A stretch of DNA of 52,000 nt from Alphaproteobacteria bacterium. Lineage in GTDB: Bacteria; Pseudomonadota; Alphaproteobacteria; UBA8366; GCA-2717185. Positions 10,637 to 22,325 of this stretch are shown one piece after another (positions within the stretch are counted from its first letter, which is position 1; each line of letters begins with the position of its first letter). Where the stretch lies: positions 1 through 52,000 of the forward strand of contig JBLHZD010000001.1 of NCBI GenBank assembly GCA_047631095.1. Reading direction: 5' to 3'. The position numbers were made by a program, and so were the translations under genes. The notes beneath the pieces were generated by a model that saw only the letters and a list, made by a program, of their open reading frames with translations, was not told the DNA's origin and did not search any database.

Positions 10637-11644
10637 CTATCGTGCGCGGGGATGGGCTGATCTGTACTCCGCCATCAATCGGTCCGTTTCAACCTCGGTG
10701 TAGCGTTGTGTTGTAGAAAGGGATTCATGGCCAAGCAGCTCTTGTATCGCGCGCAAATCACCACCGCCCGCCAGTAAATGGGTCGCAAAGGAATGGCGCA
10801 GCGCGTGCGGCGTCGCGGTGTCGGGCAACCCCAGGGCGCGCCGGGCCATGCGCATGCGCGTTTGCGCGACGCCGGGATTCAAGGGGCCGCCTCTTGCGCC
10901 GCGAAACACCTTCGCGTCTTTGGAAAGGGGATAGGGGCACGCGCTGATATAGACGGCGATGGATTCCTGAACGACGGGCAGGACAGGCACCATTCGTTGT
11001 TTGCCGCCCTTACCGTCGATCAGCAAGGACTCCACGACGCCGTCGATCTGGCTGCGGGTTAATCCCAGCGCCTCGGAAATGCGCAAGCCACAGCCGTACA
11101 GAAGCGTAAACAAGGCGGCGTCGCGGAGGCCAATCCAGGGCGCATCCGTCACATTTGCGGTGCGCGCTATATCAATAACGTCTTTGGCGTCCGTCGGGCT
11201 CAAAGGTTTTGGAATGGAATGGGGCAGTCGCGGCGAGCGCACCGCTTGTATCGCCTGGTTCGTCAGACGTCCGTTGCGTTCGCACCAGCGAAAGAAATTT
11301 CGAACCACGGACAGGCCTCGCGAGAGCGATGTGCGTTTCAACCCATCGGTCGAACGTTTCGCCAGCCACGCGCGAAAATCGGTGGGTTTTAAGGCCTCTA
11401 ACTTTTGGGGCGAGGGGATTTCGCCTGTGTGATCCGCGATGAAAGAGAGGAATTGGCCCAAATCGCGGTGATAGGCTGCAATCGTATGGTCCGCGACCCG
11501 GCGTTCGTCCAACAGCCATCGGGTCCAGTCGGTAAGGATGGCCGCCAGAGTCTCGTCGGCGTGACCGCGCCAGATTGCGACGCCGGTGAAACCCAATCCA
11601 ACGGTCGGGGTGGTGGTTTTGCTTACGCTCGGTTCATCAGCCAT
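10637..11644 (-). CDS. xerC: site-specific tyrosine recombinase XerC
   Basis: The catalytic C-terminus HALRHSFATHLL..LGHESLSTTQRYTEV is present. It lies immediately downstream of a DUF484 (yigA-like) gene, which is the classical xerC context. Confidence 0.85.
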   Translation of the reverse strand: MADEPSVSKTTTPTVGLGFTGVAIWRGHADETLAAILTDWTRWLLDERRVADHTIAAYHRDLGQFLSFIADHTGEIPSPQKLEALKPTDFRAWLAKRSTDGLKRTSLSRGLSVVRNFFRWCERNGRLTNQAIQAVRSPRLPHSIPKPLSPTDAKDVIDIARTANVTDAPWIGLRDAALFTLLYGCGLRISEALGLTRSQIDGVVESLLIDGKGGKQRMVPVLPVVQESIAVYISACPYPLSKDAKVFRGARGGPLNPGVAQTRMRMARRALGLPDTATPHALRHSFATHLLAGGGDLRAIQELLGHESLSTTQRYTEVETDRLMAEYRSAHPRAR

Positions 11645-12336
11645 GACCGAATGACGCTTTCCACAACGCGGCCTAGAAAATCAAGAAGCTCTGTCCCTTG
11701 GCTGGCGTGAAATTTTCCAGAATTTCGGGTGCCAAAAGCGACGATCGCCGACGGGCTTTCACTGGAAATTTCGACGCGCACCAACGCGGACGAGCGCACA
11801 AGGTCCGCCGCCGCGCCAAATATCCGGGGCTCGCGCGCCATATCATCGAATAAAAGCACATTACGGCCTTCGCCTAATGTGGCGTCGACAAACCCTGCGG
11901 GTACATTGCGAAGACCAGCGATGGGCAAGGACGTTACATTGTCGTTTTGTTCTGATTCCAGACAGAGCGTCACGACATCAATATCGAGGAGTATGGCGAA
12001 GTCGTTGGTGATGACCTGAACCACATGCTCCAGCGATGGCGCTTCCAGCAAATTCAAAACGCATTCATGCACCCGGCCCTGCGTGCTTAAATTTGCGCGG
12101 CTGGTGATCATCAAGTCCCGCTGGCGGGTTTTCAACCGCTCCGCATCGCCGCGCAGACGGTCGATTATTGCTGATTGCAAATCAGACACCCCGTCGCCCA
12201 GCGCCCGATCCGGCGGCGTCATGACCCGGTAGAGTTCTGGGTTACGTTGCAGAAAATCCGGGTTGTCGGACAGGAATTCGATGATCTGGGCCGGGTCGAC
12301 CGTATTTTTGCGCGGGTTGGTTGGATTTCGGGCCAT
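11623..12336 (-). CDS. DUF484 family protein (YigA-like)
   Basis: The N-terminus IIEFLSDNPDFLQRNPELY is followed by a GAF-like remainder. It overlaps the xerC start by 22 nt. Confidence 0.8.
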   Translation of the reverse strand: MARNPTNPRKNTVDPAQIIEFLSDNPDFLQRNPELYRVMTPPDRALGDGVSDLQSAIIDRLRGDAERLKTRQRDLMITSRANLSTQGRVHECVLNLLEAPSLEHVVQVITNDFAILLDIDVVTLCLESEQNDNVTSLPIAGLRNVPAGFVDATLGEGRNVLLFDDMAREPRIFGAAADLVRSSALVRVEISSESPSAIVAFGTRNSGKFHASQGTELLDFLGRVVESVIRSWLMNRA

Positions 12337-12380
12337 GGTTCTTCAGTATTGTCGTGTCAGTACAGTCACGGGACCGGCGA

Positions 12381-13037
12381 TCACAAAATGGACTGGCCGG
12401 TTTTTTCCCAATCCGAGAGGAACGCCGCGAGCCCCTTATCGGTCAGTGGGTGATGAAACAGCGACCATAAAACGCTGGGGGGGATGGTGGCGACGCCGGC
12501 GCCGATGCGGGCGGATTCCAGAATATCCTTGGGGGAGCGAATGGAGGCGACCAGCACTTCCGTTTCGAAGTCAGGGTAGTTGGCGTAGATGTTGCAAATA
12601 TCTTCGATGAGTCCCATGCCATCCATGACGATATCGTCCAGTCGTCCGACAAAAGGCGACACGTAGGTCGCGCCCGCTTTGGCCGCCAGAATCGCCTGAT
12701 TGGCGGAAAAACACAGGGTCACGTTGACCATGGTTCCCTCACTGGACAGCGCCTTACAGGTTTTGAGGCCCGCAGGGGTCAGCGGGACCTTGACCGCAAT
12801 GTTATCGGCGATGCCCGCCAGTTTTTTGCCTTCCGCCAGCATCGTGTCGAAATCGGTCGCCGCCACTTCCGCGCTGACCGGGCCGTCGACGGCGCCGCAA
12901 ATTTCTTCGATCACCTCAAAGAAGTTCCGGCCTGATTTGGCGATCAGCGAGGGGTTGGTCGTCACGCCGTCCAGCAGGCCCGTATCGGCCAATTCGCGAA
13001 TTTCGCCGATGTCAGCAGTGTCTACAAAAAATTTCAT
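12381..13037 (-). CDS. tal: transaldolase type 3B / fructose-6-phosphate aldolase family
   Basis: 218 aa. [24 protein letters not shown] is present, with the Schiff-base Lys context AVKVPLT. Confidence 0.9.
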   Translation of the reverse strand: MKFFVDTADIGEIRELADTGLLDGVTTNPSLIAKSGRNFFEVIEEICGAVDGPVSAEVAATDFDTMLAEGKKLAGIADNIAVKVPLTPAGLKTCKALSSEGTMVNVTLCFSANQAILAAKAGATYVSPFVGRLDDIVMDGMGLIEDICNIYANYPDFETEVLVASIRSPKDILESARIGAGVATIPPSVLWSLFHHPLTDKGLAAFLSDWEKTGQSIL

Positions 13038-13062
13038 CGTATTCCTCTATGAACGCATCATG

Positions 13063-13113
13063 CCGGTTATCGTTCCGTGCCCGTTATCGTTCCGGGCCCG
13101 TTATCTTCCTGGG
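13063..13113. repeat. three tandem 17-nt direct repeats (ccSgttatcKttccKgg) in the tal/priA divergent intergenic region
   Basis: The copies are ccggttatcgttccgtg, cccgttatcgttccggg and cccgttatcttcctggg. They are contiguous with an exact period of 17. Confidence 0.8.
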
Positions 13114-13150
13114 TGGCGTTGTCGCCGTTTAGGGATGGCGTTGTCGCCGT
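13114..13150. repeat. two exact copies of tggcgttgtcgccgt spaced 22 bp apart, each containing the palindrome GGCG-ttgt-CGCC
   Basis: The copies lie at 13114-13128 and 13136-13150, 22-58 nt upstream of the priA ATG. Confidence 0.8.
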
Positions 13151-13171
13151 CGCCTCCGTTAGACTCGTTTT

Positions 13172-15421
13172 ATGACCGAGTTCAAGACCGACAATAACAC
13201 GCTCCCCCATCAGGTATCGTCCGCAGGCGTGGGGCGGGTCAAGGTCCTTTTACCCCTGCCGCTATCCGGCGCTTATGATTACCGGGCGCCGCAAGACCAA
13301 CCCTTGCGTCCCGGCCAATTCGTGACCGTTCCTTTGGGTCGTCGCGAAGCCATTGGCGTGGTGTGGGACAACGTCTTGGAAGAAAAGGGCGGAGCGGTTT
13401 CCGACGACCGGTTGAAGGATGTAATCGGCGTTGCGTCGACCTTGACGCTGCCTGACGAAACTCGCCGTCTGGTCGATTGGGTCGCAAGGTATACGACAGC
13501 CCCATTGGGGGCGGTGCTGCGTATGGCGATGAGCGTCCCGGCGGCGCTCACGCCGCCAAAACCGCGAATCGCTTTCGCCCTGAATTCCGCAGCGGCGCCG
13601 GACGCGTCGGCCGCGTTGAAGAACGTTCGCCTGACGCCCGCGCGCAGCCGTGTGATCGACCTGCTGCGCGATGGGCCGCCGCGTACGCAAAAGGATATTA
13701 GTTTCGAGACCGGCGTGACGGCGGGGGTGGTGCGCAAACTGGTGGAACTTGGCGTCGTTCTGCCCACGCCGATTCCGGTGGAATTTTCACCGCCGAAACC
13801 AAATCCAGACCTTGCGGGACCGCTTTTATCGGCGGCGCAGCACGAAGCGGCGGATGTATTGATTAAAAGCGTCGGCGCGTTTTCAGTGACGCTGGTGGAC
13901 GGCGTAACCGGCGCGGGTAAGACGGAAGTTTATTTCGAAGCTGTTGCGGAGGCGTTGCGGCAAGGAAAGCAGGCGCTGGTGTTGTTGCCGGAAATTGCGC
14001 TGGGCGCACAATGGCTGCGGCGTTTTGAAGTGCGCTTTGGCGTTCGACCCGTGGAATGGCATTCTGATTTGACGGGCGTAACCCGGCGCGCGGCGTGGCG
14101 CGCAATTGCGCGCGCCGAAGCGCGCGTTGTCGTCGGGGCGCGTTCGGCGCTGTTTCTGCCGTTTCCGGCGCTGGGCCTGATCGTTGTGGATGAAGAACAT
14201 GACGCCGCCTACAAACAGGAAGAGGGCGTCGCCTACCACGCCCGCGATATGGCGGTCGTGCGGGCGCGCATCGGGGATTGTCCGGTGGTTCTCGCCTCCG
14301 CGACGCCATCGTTGGAAACCGTGGTGAATGCGGGCGCCGGCCGATATGGGCAGGTGAACTTACCGGCGCGCCATGGCGGCGCGACCTTGCCGAGTGTCCA
14401 CCTCATTGATTTGCGCGCCGATCCGCCGGAACGGCAATGTTGGTTGTCGCCGCCGCTTCGAACTGCAATGACGCGCACCTTGGCTGCGGGGGAACAGGCG
14501 CTTTTGTTCCTGAATCGGCGTGGTTACGCCCCCCTGACCTTATGTCGCAGTTGCGGTCATCGCCTGGAATGTCCGAATTGCACCGCATGGTTGGTTGAGC
14601 ATCGGTTTCGCGGGCGATTGCTCTGTCATCACTGCGGTCTGTCCAGCAACCGGCCAAAAGCGTGTCCCGAATGTGCGGCGGAAGACAGTATGGTGGCCTG
14701 TGGTCCTGGCGTGGAGCGCGTGGCCGAAGAGACGGCGGCGCTGTTTCCCGACGCCCGGTTGATGGTCGTCACCAGTGACAATATCCGCAAACCGTCTGAC
14801 GCCGCTGAATTTGTCCGAAAGGTGACCGAGCGGGAAGTCGATATTATCGTTGGGACGCAAATTGTGGCGAAGGGACACCATTTCCCGGATTTGACGCTCG
14901 TTGGCGTCGTCGATGCGGATCTTGGCTTGGCGGGCGGCGACTTGCGCGCGGCGGAGCGCACCTATCAGCTTTTGCATCAGGTCGCAGGTCGGGCGGGGCG
15001 GGCGGCGCGGCCGGGCGCGGTGTATCTGCAAACCTATCAGCCCAATCATCCTGTCATGAACGCCATGGCGAACAGCGATCGCGATGGTTTCCTGCGCGTG
15101 GAGGCTCAGGCGCGCAAGGCGGGCGCCTGGCCGCCCTTTGGCCGTTTGGCGGCCGTTATCGTCTCGGGACGCGACGAAGGCGCTGTCGACGGCGTATCGC
15201 GCGAATTGGCGCGGCGTGCGCCGGTGCGCGAGGGAGTGCGGACTTTGGGGCCTGCGCCGGCGCCATTGGCGATGCTTCGGGGGCGTCATCGGCGGCGTTT
15301 GTTGTTAAAAACCGGGCGGGATGTTTCAGTGCCGGCCTTGTTGCGCGATTGGATCGCTAAAGTCGATGCGCCGTCGCATGTGCGGATTCAAGTCGACGTC
15401 GATCCCTACAGTTTTTTATAA
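13172..15421 (+). CDS. priA: primosomal protein N' (replication restart helicase PriA)
   Basis: 749 aa. It has Walker A GVTGAGKTEVY, the motif VVDEEHD, and zinc-binding cysteines CRSCGHRLECPNC..CHHCG..CPEC. Confidence 0.93.
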   Translation: MTEFKTDNNTLPHQVSSAGVGRVKVLLPLPLSGAYDYRAPQDQPLRPGQFVTVPLGRREAIGVVWDNVLEEKGGAVSDDRLKDVIGVASTLTLPDETRRLVDWVARYTTAPLGAVLRMAMSVPAALTPPKPRIAFALNSAAAPDASAALKNVRLTPARSRVIDLLRDGPPRTQKDISFETGVTAGVVRKLVELGVVLPTPIPVEFSPPKPNPDLAGPLLSAAQHEAADVLIKSVGAFSVTLVDGVTGAGKTEVYFEAVAEALRQGKQALVLLPEIALGAQWLRRFEVRFGVRPVEWHSDLTGVTRRAAWRAIARAEARVVVGARSALFLPFPALGLIVVDEEHDAAYKQEEGVAYHARDMAVVRARIGDCPVVLASATPSLETVVNAGAGRYGQVNLPARHGGATLPSVHLIDLRADPPERQCWLSPPLRTAMTRTLAAGEQALLFLNRRGYAPLTLCRSCGHRLECPNCTAWLVEHRFRGRLLCHHCGLSSNRPKACPECAAEDSMVACGPGVERVAEETAALFPDARLMVVTSDNIRKPSDAAEFVRKVTEREVDIIVGTQIVAKGHHFPDLTLVGVVDADLGLAGGDLRAAERTYQLLHQVAGRAGRAARPGAVYLQTYQPNHPVMNAMANSDRDGFLRVEAQARKAGAWPPFGRLAAVIVSGRDEGAVDGVSRELARRAPVREGVRTLGPAPAPLAMLRGRHRRRLLLKTGRDVSVPALLRDWIAKVDAPSHVRIQVDVDPYSFL

Positions 15422-15444
15422 AAAATTTTATTTTTTTCGATCAG

Positions 15445-15463
15445 AAACCGCTGCGGCGGTTTT
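15445..15463 (+). terminator. weak terminator-like hairpin after priA
   Basis: The sequence is aaaccgc-tgcg-gcggttt followed by t. The GC core is short, and the hairpin is preceded by a 26-nt all-A/T tract. Confidence 0.3.
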
Positions 15464-15680
15464 AACATCCCCGAACACCGCACGATTAAAGGCGACGGCG
15501 GGAAATTTATCTGTGTTTAAAAGAGGTGCGCAGGCGGCTTGAAAGCCTGAAACGTCTATGGTACACACCCCACGCTTCAGGGTGAACAAGGCCTGTAGGA
15601 GCAGGGCGCGCCGATCTTTAATACGGATTTCCGTTTCGGCGCGGGGTTCTAGATTTCACGGGTATTCGAGGGTATTTCCT

Positions 15681-16238
15681 TTGGCTTCCAATGCGGCTGT
15701 TTCCGAATTGTCCAATCGCTATGCGTCGGCGCTATTCGATCTTGCGGATGAACAAAAACAACTCGACACGGTTGCAGATGATCTGCGAGCGCTGGCGCAG
15801 CATGTGACGGAGAACGCTGATTTAGCGCGTCTCGTCAGCAGCCCGGTGCTGGACTGTATAGAGCAAGGCGCCGCGATGGGCGCGATTATGGAGGCGTCGG
15901 GCGCATCGACGCTGACAACCAAATTCGTGGGCCTGATTGCTCGGAACCGACGGTTGTCTGCGCTCACGGACATGATTTCAGCCTTTTTGGCTGAATTGGC
16001 GCGCCGACGCGGCGAAGCGACCGCCGAAGTGACGGCGGCGCGCGCATTGAGCGACGAACAGATTACAGAATTAACGGAATCCCTGCAAAATACGCTGGGC
16101 GGTAAAGTGACCGTTGAGCACAGGGTTGATCCGGAGTTGATCGGCGGCATGATCGTGAAGGTCGGCAGCCGAATGGTGGACACAACGCTACAAACGCAGT
16201 TGACGAAGATGAGAATTGCGATGAAAGGGGCTAGCTGA
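15681..16238 (+). CDS. atpH: F1 ATP synthase subunit delta (OSCP)
   Basis: ..[18 protein letters not shown].. and ..[16 protein letters not shown].. are present. I prefer the TTG at 15681, which gives about 185 aa with GAGGG about 10 nt upstream. This matches the usual length of alphaproteobacterial delta. The 226-aa ORF from ATG 15558 adds an Arg-rich, non-homologous leader. The exact start is uncertain. Confidence 0.85.
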   Translation: MASNAAVSELSNRYASALFDLADEQKQLDTVADDLRALAQHVTENADLARLVSSPVLDCIEQGAAMGAIMEASGASTLTTKFVGLIARNRRLSALTDMISAFLAELARRRGEATAEVTAARALSDEQITELTESLQNTLGGKVTVEHRVDPELIGGMIVKVGSRMVDTTLQTQLTKMRIAMKGAS

Positions 16239-17767
16239 TGGATATCCGCGCCGCCGAGATTTCCTCCATCATTAAAGAACAAATCGCCGGTTTTGGCGCT
16301 GAGGCGGATGTCGCCGAAGTTGGCCAGGTGATTTCAGTTGGTGATGGGGTTGCGCGCGTTTACGGGTTGGACAATGTCCAGGCCGGTGAAATGGTTGAAT
16401 TTCCTGGAGACATCCGGGGAATGGCGCTGAACCTTGAAAACGATAACGTTGGCGTCGTCATCTTCGGTGATGACAGAGACATCAAGGAAGGCGATACGGT
16501 CAAGCGGACCGGCGCCATCGTTGAGGTGCCTGTTGGACGAGGGATGCTGGGCCGGGTTGTCGATGGCCTTGGTAATCCGATTGACGGCAAGGGCCCGATT
16601 GAAGACGTGACCCGCCAGCGGGTCGAGGTTAAAGCGCCTGGCATTATCCCACGGAAGTCGGTGCATGAGCCGGTGCAGACCGGTTTGAAGGCGCTGGACG
16701 CTTTGGTGCCAGTGGGGCGCGGCCAACGCGAATTGATCATTGGCGATCGGCAGACCGGTAAAACGGCTGTGGCGATTGACGCGATCATCAATCAAAAAAA
16801 TATCAACGCGGGCGACGACGAATCGAAGAAGCTGTATTGCATTTATGTCGCAATCGGCCAGAAACGATCCACCGTGGCGCAGGTTGTGAAGACGCTGGAA
16901 GAGCATGGCGCGATGGAATACACCATCGTCGTCGCCGCCACCGCGTCCGATCCCGCACCGCTGCAGTTCCTGGCGCCGTATACCGGTTGCGCCATGGGCG
17001 AATATTTCCGCGATAACGGCATGCACGCCGTCATCGTATATGACGATTTGTCCAAGCAGGCGACGGCCTATCGTCAAATGTCGCTGTTGCTTCGCCGTCC
17101 ACCGGGCCGTGAAGCGTTCCCGGGCGATGTTTTCTATCTTCACTCTCGCTTGCTGGAACGCGCGGCGAAAATGAACGAAGAGCATGGTCTTGGGTCCCTG
17201 ACAGCGCTGCCGATCATTGAAACCCAGGCGAACGACGTGGCCGCGTATATTCCGACCAACGTAATTTCGATTACCGATGGTCAGATCTTTCTGGAGACGG
17301 AGCTGTTCTACAAAGGCGTTCGTCCTGCCATTAACGTTGGTTTGTCGGTGTCTCGGGTGGGCTCAGCAGCGCAGTTGAAGGCGATGAAGCAAGTCGCCGG
17401 CACGATTAAGCTGGAACTGGCGCAGTACCGTGAAATGGAAGCGTTCTCTCAGTTCGCATCCGATCTGGATCCGGTGACGCAGCAGCTTCTGGCCCGCGGT
17501 GCGCGGCTGACCGAGCTGTTGAAACAGGATCAGTTCAGCCCGATGCCGGTTGAGGAGCAGGTGGTGGCGATTTTCGCCGGCGTCCGAGGCTTTCTCGATA
17601 AGTTGCCAATTGAAAATATCGGGCGCTTTGAAACGTCGCTTCTGGAGCATTTCCGGGCGGAGCACGGTGATGTTCTGGCGGAAATTCGCGACACGGGCGC
17701 AATTTCCGATGATGGCGATAAAAAGATAAATGACGTCATCGACGCGTTCACGAAGGGTTTCGTTTAA
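16238..17767 (+). CDS. atpA: F1 ATP synthase subunit alpha
   Basis: 509 aa with Walker A GDRQTGKT. The start overlaps the atpH stop (ATGA-type). Confidence 0.98.
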   Translation: MDIRAAEISSIIKEQIAGFGAEADVAEVGQVISVGDGVARVYGLDNVQAGEMVEFPGDIRGMALNLENDNVGVVIFGDDRDIKEGDTVKRTGAIVEVPVGRGMLGRVVDGLGNPIDGKGPIEDVTRQRVEVKAPGIIPRKSVHEPVQTGLKALDALVPVGRGQRELIIGDRQTGKTAVAIDAIINQKNINAGDDESKKLYCIYVAIGQKRSTVAQVVKTLEEHGAMEYTIVVAATASDPAPLQFLAPYTGCAMGEYFRDNGMHAVIVYDDLSKQATAYRQMSLLLRRPPGREAFPGDVFYLHSRLLERAAKMNEEHGLGSLTALPIIETQANDVAAYIPTNVISITDGQIFLETELFYKGVRPAINVGLSVSRVGSAAQLKAMKQVAGTIKLELAQYREMEAFSQFASDLDPVTQQLLARGARLTELLKQDQFSPMPVEEQVVAIFAGVRGFLDKLPIENIGRFETSLLEHFRAEHGDVLAEIRDTGAISDDGDKKINDVIDAFTKGFV

Positions 17768-17798
17768 CGTCACGGTGACGATTAGGATCTGCTAGAAA

Positions 17799-20148
<2,350 letters not shown>

Positions 20149-20215
20149 CGAAAAACCGAACGATCCTGCTCGCCGCCCCTGGTGGCGGGCTGGATGAGCG
20201 GGATAGAGAGCAGGC

Positions 20216-20629
20216 ATGGCCGATACATTTGAACTCGAGCTGGTTTCACCGGAAAAGCTTCTATTATCGGAGCAGGTGGAGATGGTTGTCATTCCCGGTG
20301 ACGAGGGTGATTTTGGTGTGCTGCCCGGGCATTCGCCGGTAATTTCGAATATTCGCCCCGGTGTTCTTTCTGTGTTTGAAAATGGCGCTGTGACACAGCG
20401 CATTTTCATCGCCAGCGGTTTTGCCGAAGTGACCGGAAATCGCTGCACCGTACTCGCGGAAGGCGCCGAGGCCGTTGACGATTTGGATCAAGCTTCCGTC
20501 GATCAGATGATTCGCGATTTACAGGAAGATATCGACCAGGCGGAAGGCGAAGGCGACCGTGGTCGCGCGGTCGACGCGTTGGCGATCGCTGAGGCGAAAC
20601 GGGCCGCTATCGTCGCGCCGACCTACTAA
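20216..20629 (+). CDS. atpC: F1 ATP synthase subunit epsilon
   Basis: 137 aa, with ELVSPEKLLLSEQVEMVVIPGDEGDFGVLPGHSP. Confidence 0.93.
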   Translation: MADTFELELVSPEKLLLSEQVEMVVIPGDEGDFGVLPGHSPVISNIRPGVLSVFENGAVTQRIFIASGFAEVTGNRCTVLAEGAEAVDDLDQASVDQMIRDLQEDIDQAEGEGDRGRAVDALAIAEAKRAAIVAPTY

Positions 20630-20694
20630 CCGCTCTGGCGGTTTCGACCGCTTCTCTCACTGTATAATTGAAATCGAACTCTCGTACGCCTTGT

Positions 20695-21687
20695 TCAGGC
20701 GATGAGATTAAAAAGCTCGCCTGGATTACTTAAGCCGACATTCGTTAGCAAGGCGCCAGCGCCCGCCAGCCCCGTGCCGGGCGTTTCTCCAATACCTTCA
20801 ATTTTATTACGGAACCGCTTTTCAGGATCAAATGCCGGATCTTGGTCGGATGAATTCCGGGCGGCCTGGTTTGAGGCTGACGTGGCGATACGGTCGCTGC
20901 CGCCACCGTTTTGTTCCAGTTCCTGGCGTTTGATTTCCGCGAGTTCTTGCCGCGCGGCGGTGATGCTCGCTTCAGCACGCGCTGCGACCCGACGGTCTTG
21001 CGCGGAGGGGCTGCTTGGCGCTAGGGCCGCGCGCTTAACCTGTTCCAGTTTACGGATCGTCGCTTGTGAGTTGCCACGAACCGCACTGGTGTCAATTTGA
21101 ACTTCACCGGCGACGGCGTATTGTTTTCCGTCTGGGCCGGTTGTGAATTTATAGGAAGGTTGACCGGCGATGCCGCCGCCGGCGGCCGCATGCGCCCTCT
21201 CATGTTCCTTAACTTCGCGGTCTCTTTGTTTTAACTGATCAACTTTACGGTTTTCCTGTTCGGTAAGCTCATTGGCGTCGACTTTTTCGCCGTCTTCATT
21301 TTCACTAACCTCGTTTTGGCCATCTTGGCTTTCACCACCTTGGCTTTCACTGGCATCGCCCTGCGCGCCTACAGCCGTTCCCGCACCGGTTTGGTCATCG
21401 GCGTTGGTGACGTCCTCTAACGTCGGTGCTCCTCCGGCCTCAGCAGACTCATCAGAGCTCTGGGCGGCATTTTGTGTTTGCACATCCAGAGCCGCTAGAG
21501 AACGACCGGGTCGACCTGTCGGTCTTTGATCACCGTCGTTTGTGTTTTCTGTCGAGGAATTTTCGACACTTGTAGGCGGGCGCGCCGTTATGGTCGCCGT
21601 TGATCCAGGCGCAGACAATTCTGCGCCGCCAGCAAGTGTCGTGGGGCTCGGTAACGCAGGCGTTAAAGGGCTTGAAAGGATCAACAT
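20695..21687 (-). CDS. SprA-related / putative metalloprotease (CJM1_0395-like) family protein with an acidic low-complexity N-terminal half
   Basis: The signature block is QLKQRDREVKEHERAHAAAGG..YKFTTGPDGKQYAVAGEVQIDTS..AALAPSSPSAQDRRVAA. It contains an HExxH motif (HERAH). Confidence 0.7.
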   Translation of the reverse strand: MLILSSPLTPALPSPTTLAGGAELSAPGSTATITARPPTSVENSSTENTNDGDQRPTGRPGRSLAALDVQTQNAAQSSDESAEAGGAPTLEDVTNADDQTGAGTAVGAQGDASESQGGESQDGQNEVSENEDGEKVDANELTEQENRKVDQLKQRDREVKEHERAHAAAGGGIAGQPSYKFTTGPDGKQYAVAGEVQIDTSAVRGNSQATIRKLEQVKRAALAPSSPSAQDRRVAARAEASITAARQELAEIKRQELEQNGGGSDRIATSASNQAARNSSDQDPAFDPEKRFRNKIEGIGETPGTGLAGAGALLTNVGLSNPGELFNLIA

Positions 21688-21759
21688 CTGAAGTTTTACG
21701 AATCAAAATTCGGTTGTTTCAAAAGGTATTGTGCAAATAAAGAGCGCACAAAACATCAA

Positions 21760-21788
21760 ATTATACCTAAAATGTCGATAAAAGTCAA
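21760..21788 (-). promoter_or_regulatory. sigma70-type promoter with perfect consensus TTGACT-N17-TATAAT, upstream of the SprA-like gene
   Basis: The minus strand reads ttgact tttatcgacattttagg tataat. The -35 is at 21788-21783 and the -10 at 21765-21760, about 73 nt upstream of the ATG at 21687. Confidence 0.5.
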
Positions 21789-21827
21789 TTAACAGAAAGG
21801 CTTGTGTAGGAGCGTCCAGAGAGCAAA

Positions 21828-22325
21828 TTATGGCGTCAGGTGAGCGAATGTTAAAATGACGTCTTCGTAAATAGGCCTTTTGAAAGGAACGATGTGATCG
21901 GGGAGTTCTTTAACCGACATCCATCGCCATTCGGAGAATTCTGGTTTGTGGATATCAAGTCGAATTTCAGAATCGTCGCCTAGAAAGCGTATGGCGAACC
22001 AATGCTGTTCTTGGCCTCGGAATCGCCCGCCCCATACCCGTTGTGACAGTGCGACCGGTAAATCATAGCGGAATAAGCGATCGGTCTGGGCGATGATCTC
22101 CGCGTTTGTTATGCCGGTTTCCTCATGTAGTTCTCGCATCGCGGCGTCAGATGGGGCCTCGTCTGGATCAATGCCGCCTTGGGGCATTTGCCAATGGGCG
22201 CCAGGGGTGTCAATTCGATTGCCTACGAACACCAACCCCTCGTTATTCAACAACATGATGCCTACGCAAGGGCGATAAGGGCGTGTCTCAGCAGCGGTTT
22301 TAATTTTTGGCATTATGTTTATCAC
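21828..22325 (-). CDS. rppH: RNA pyrophosphohydrolase (Nudix)
   Basis: YRPCVGIMLLN is present, with the Nudix box GGIDPDEAPSDAAMRELHEETGI. A GTG start at 22325 overlaps the upstream stop (GTGA). An ATG at 22313 is the alternative start. Confidence 0.9.
   Translation of the reverse strand: MINIMPKIKTAAETRPYRPCVGIMLLNNEGLVFVGNRIDTPGAHWQMPQGGIDPDEAPSDAAMRELHEETGITNAEIIAQTDRLFRYDLPVALSQRVWGGRFRGQEQHWFAIRFLGDDSEIRLDIHKPEFSEWRWMSVKELPDHIVPFKRPIYEDVILTFAHLTP

Noticed and set aside
10637-11644. Tyrosine recombinase as a possible integrase of a mobile element
   Set aside because: Tight linkage to a DUF484/yigA-like gene and the XerC-type C-terminus indicate the housekeeping chromosome-dimer resolvase. 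No att-like repeats, tRNA gene or phage genes are nearby.
14540-15289. 249-aa ORF antisense to priA
   Set aside because: It is an Arg-rich shadow ORF inside a well-supported helicase gene.
15558-15680. 41-codon N-terminal extension of atpH
   Set aside because: The Arg-rich leader is not part of OSCP/delta. TTG 15681 gives the canonical length and has an upstream GAGGG. This is retained as an uncertainty note on the feature.
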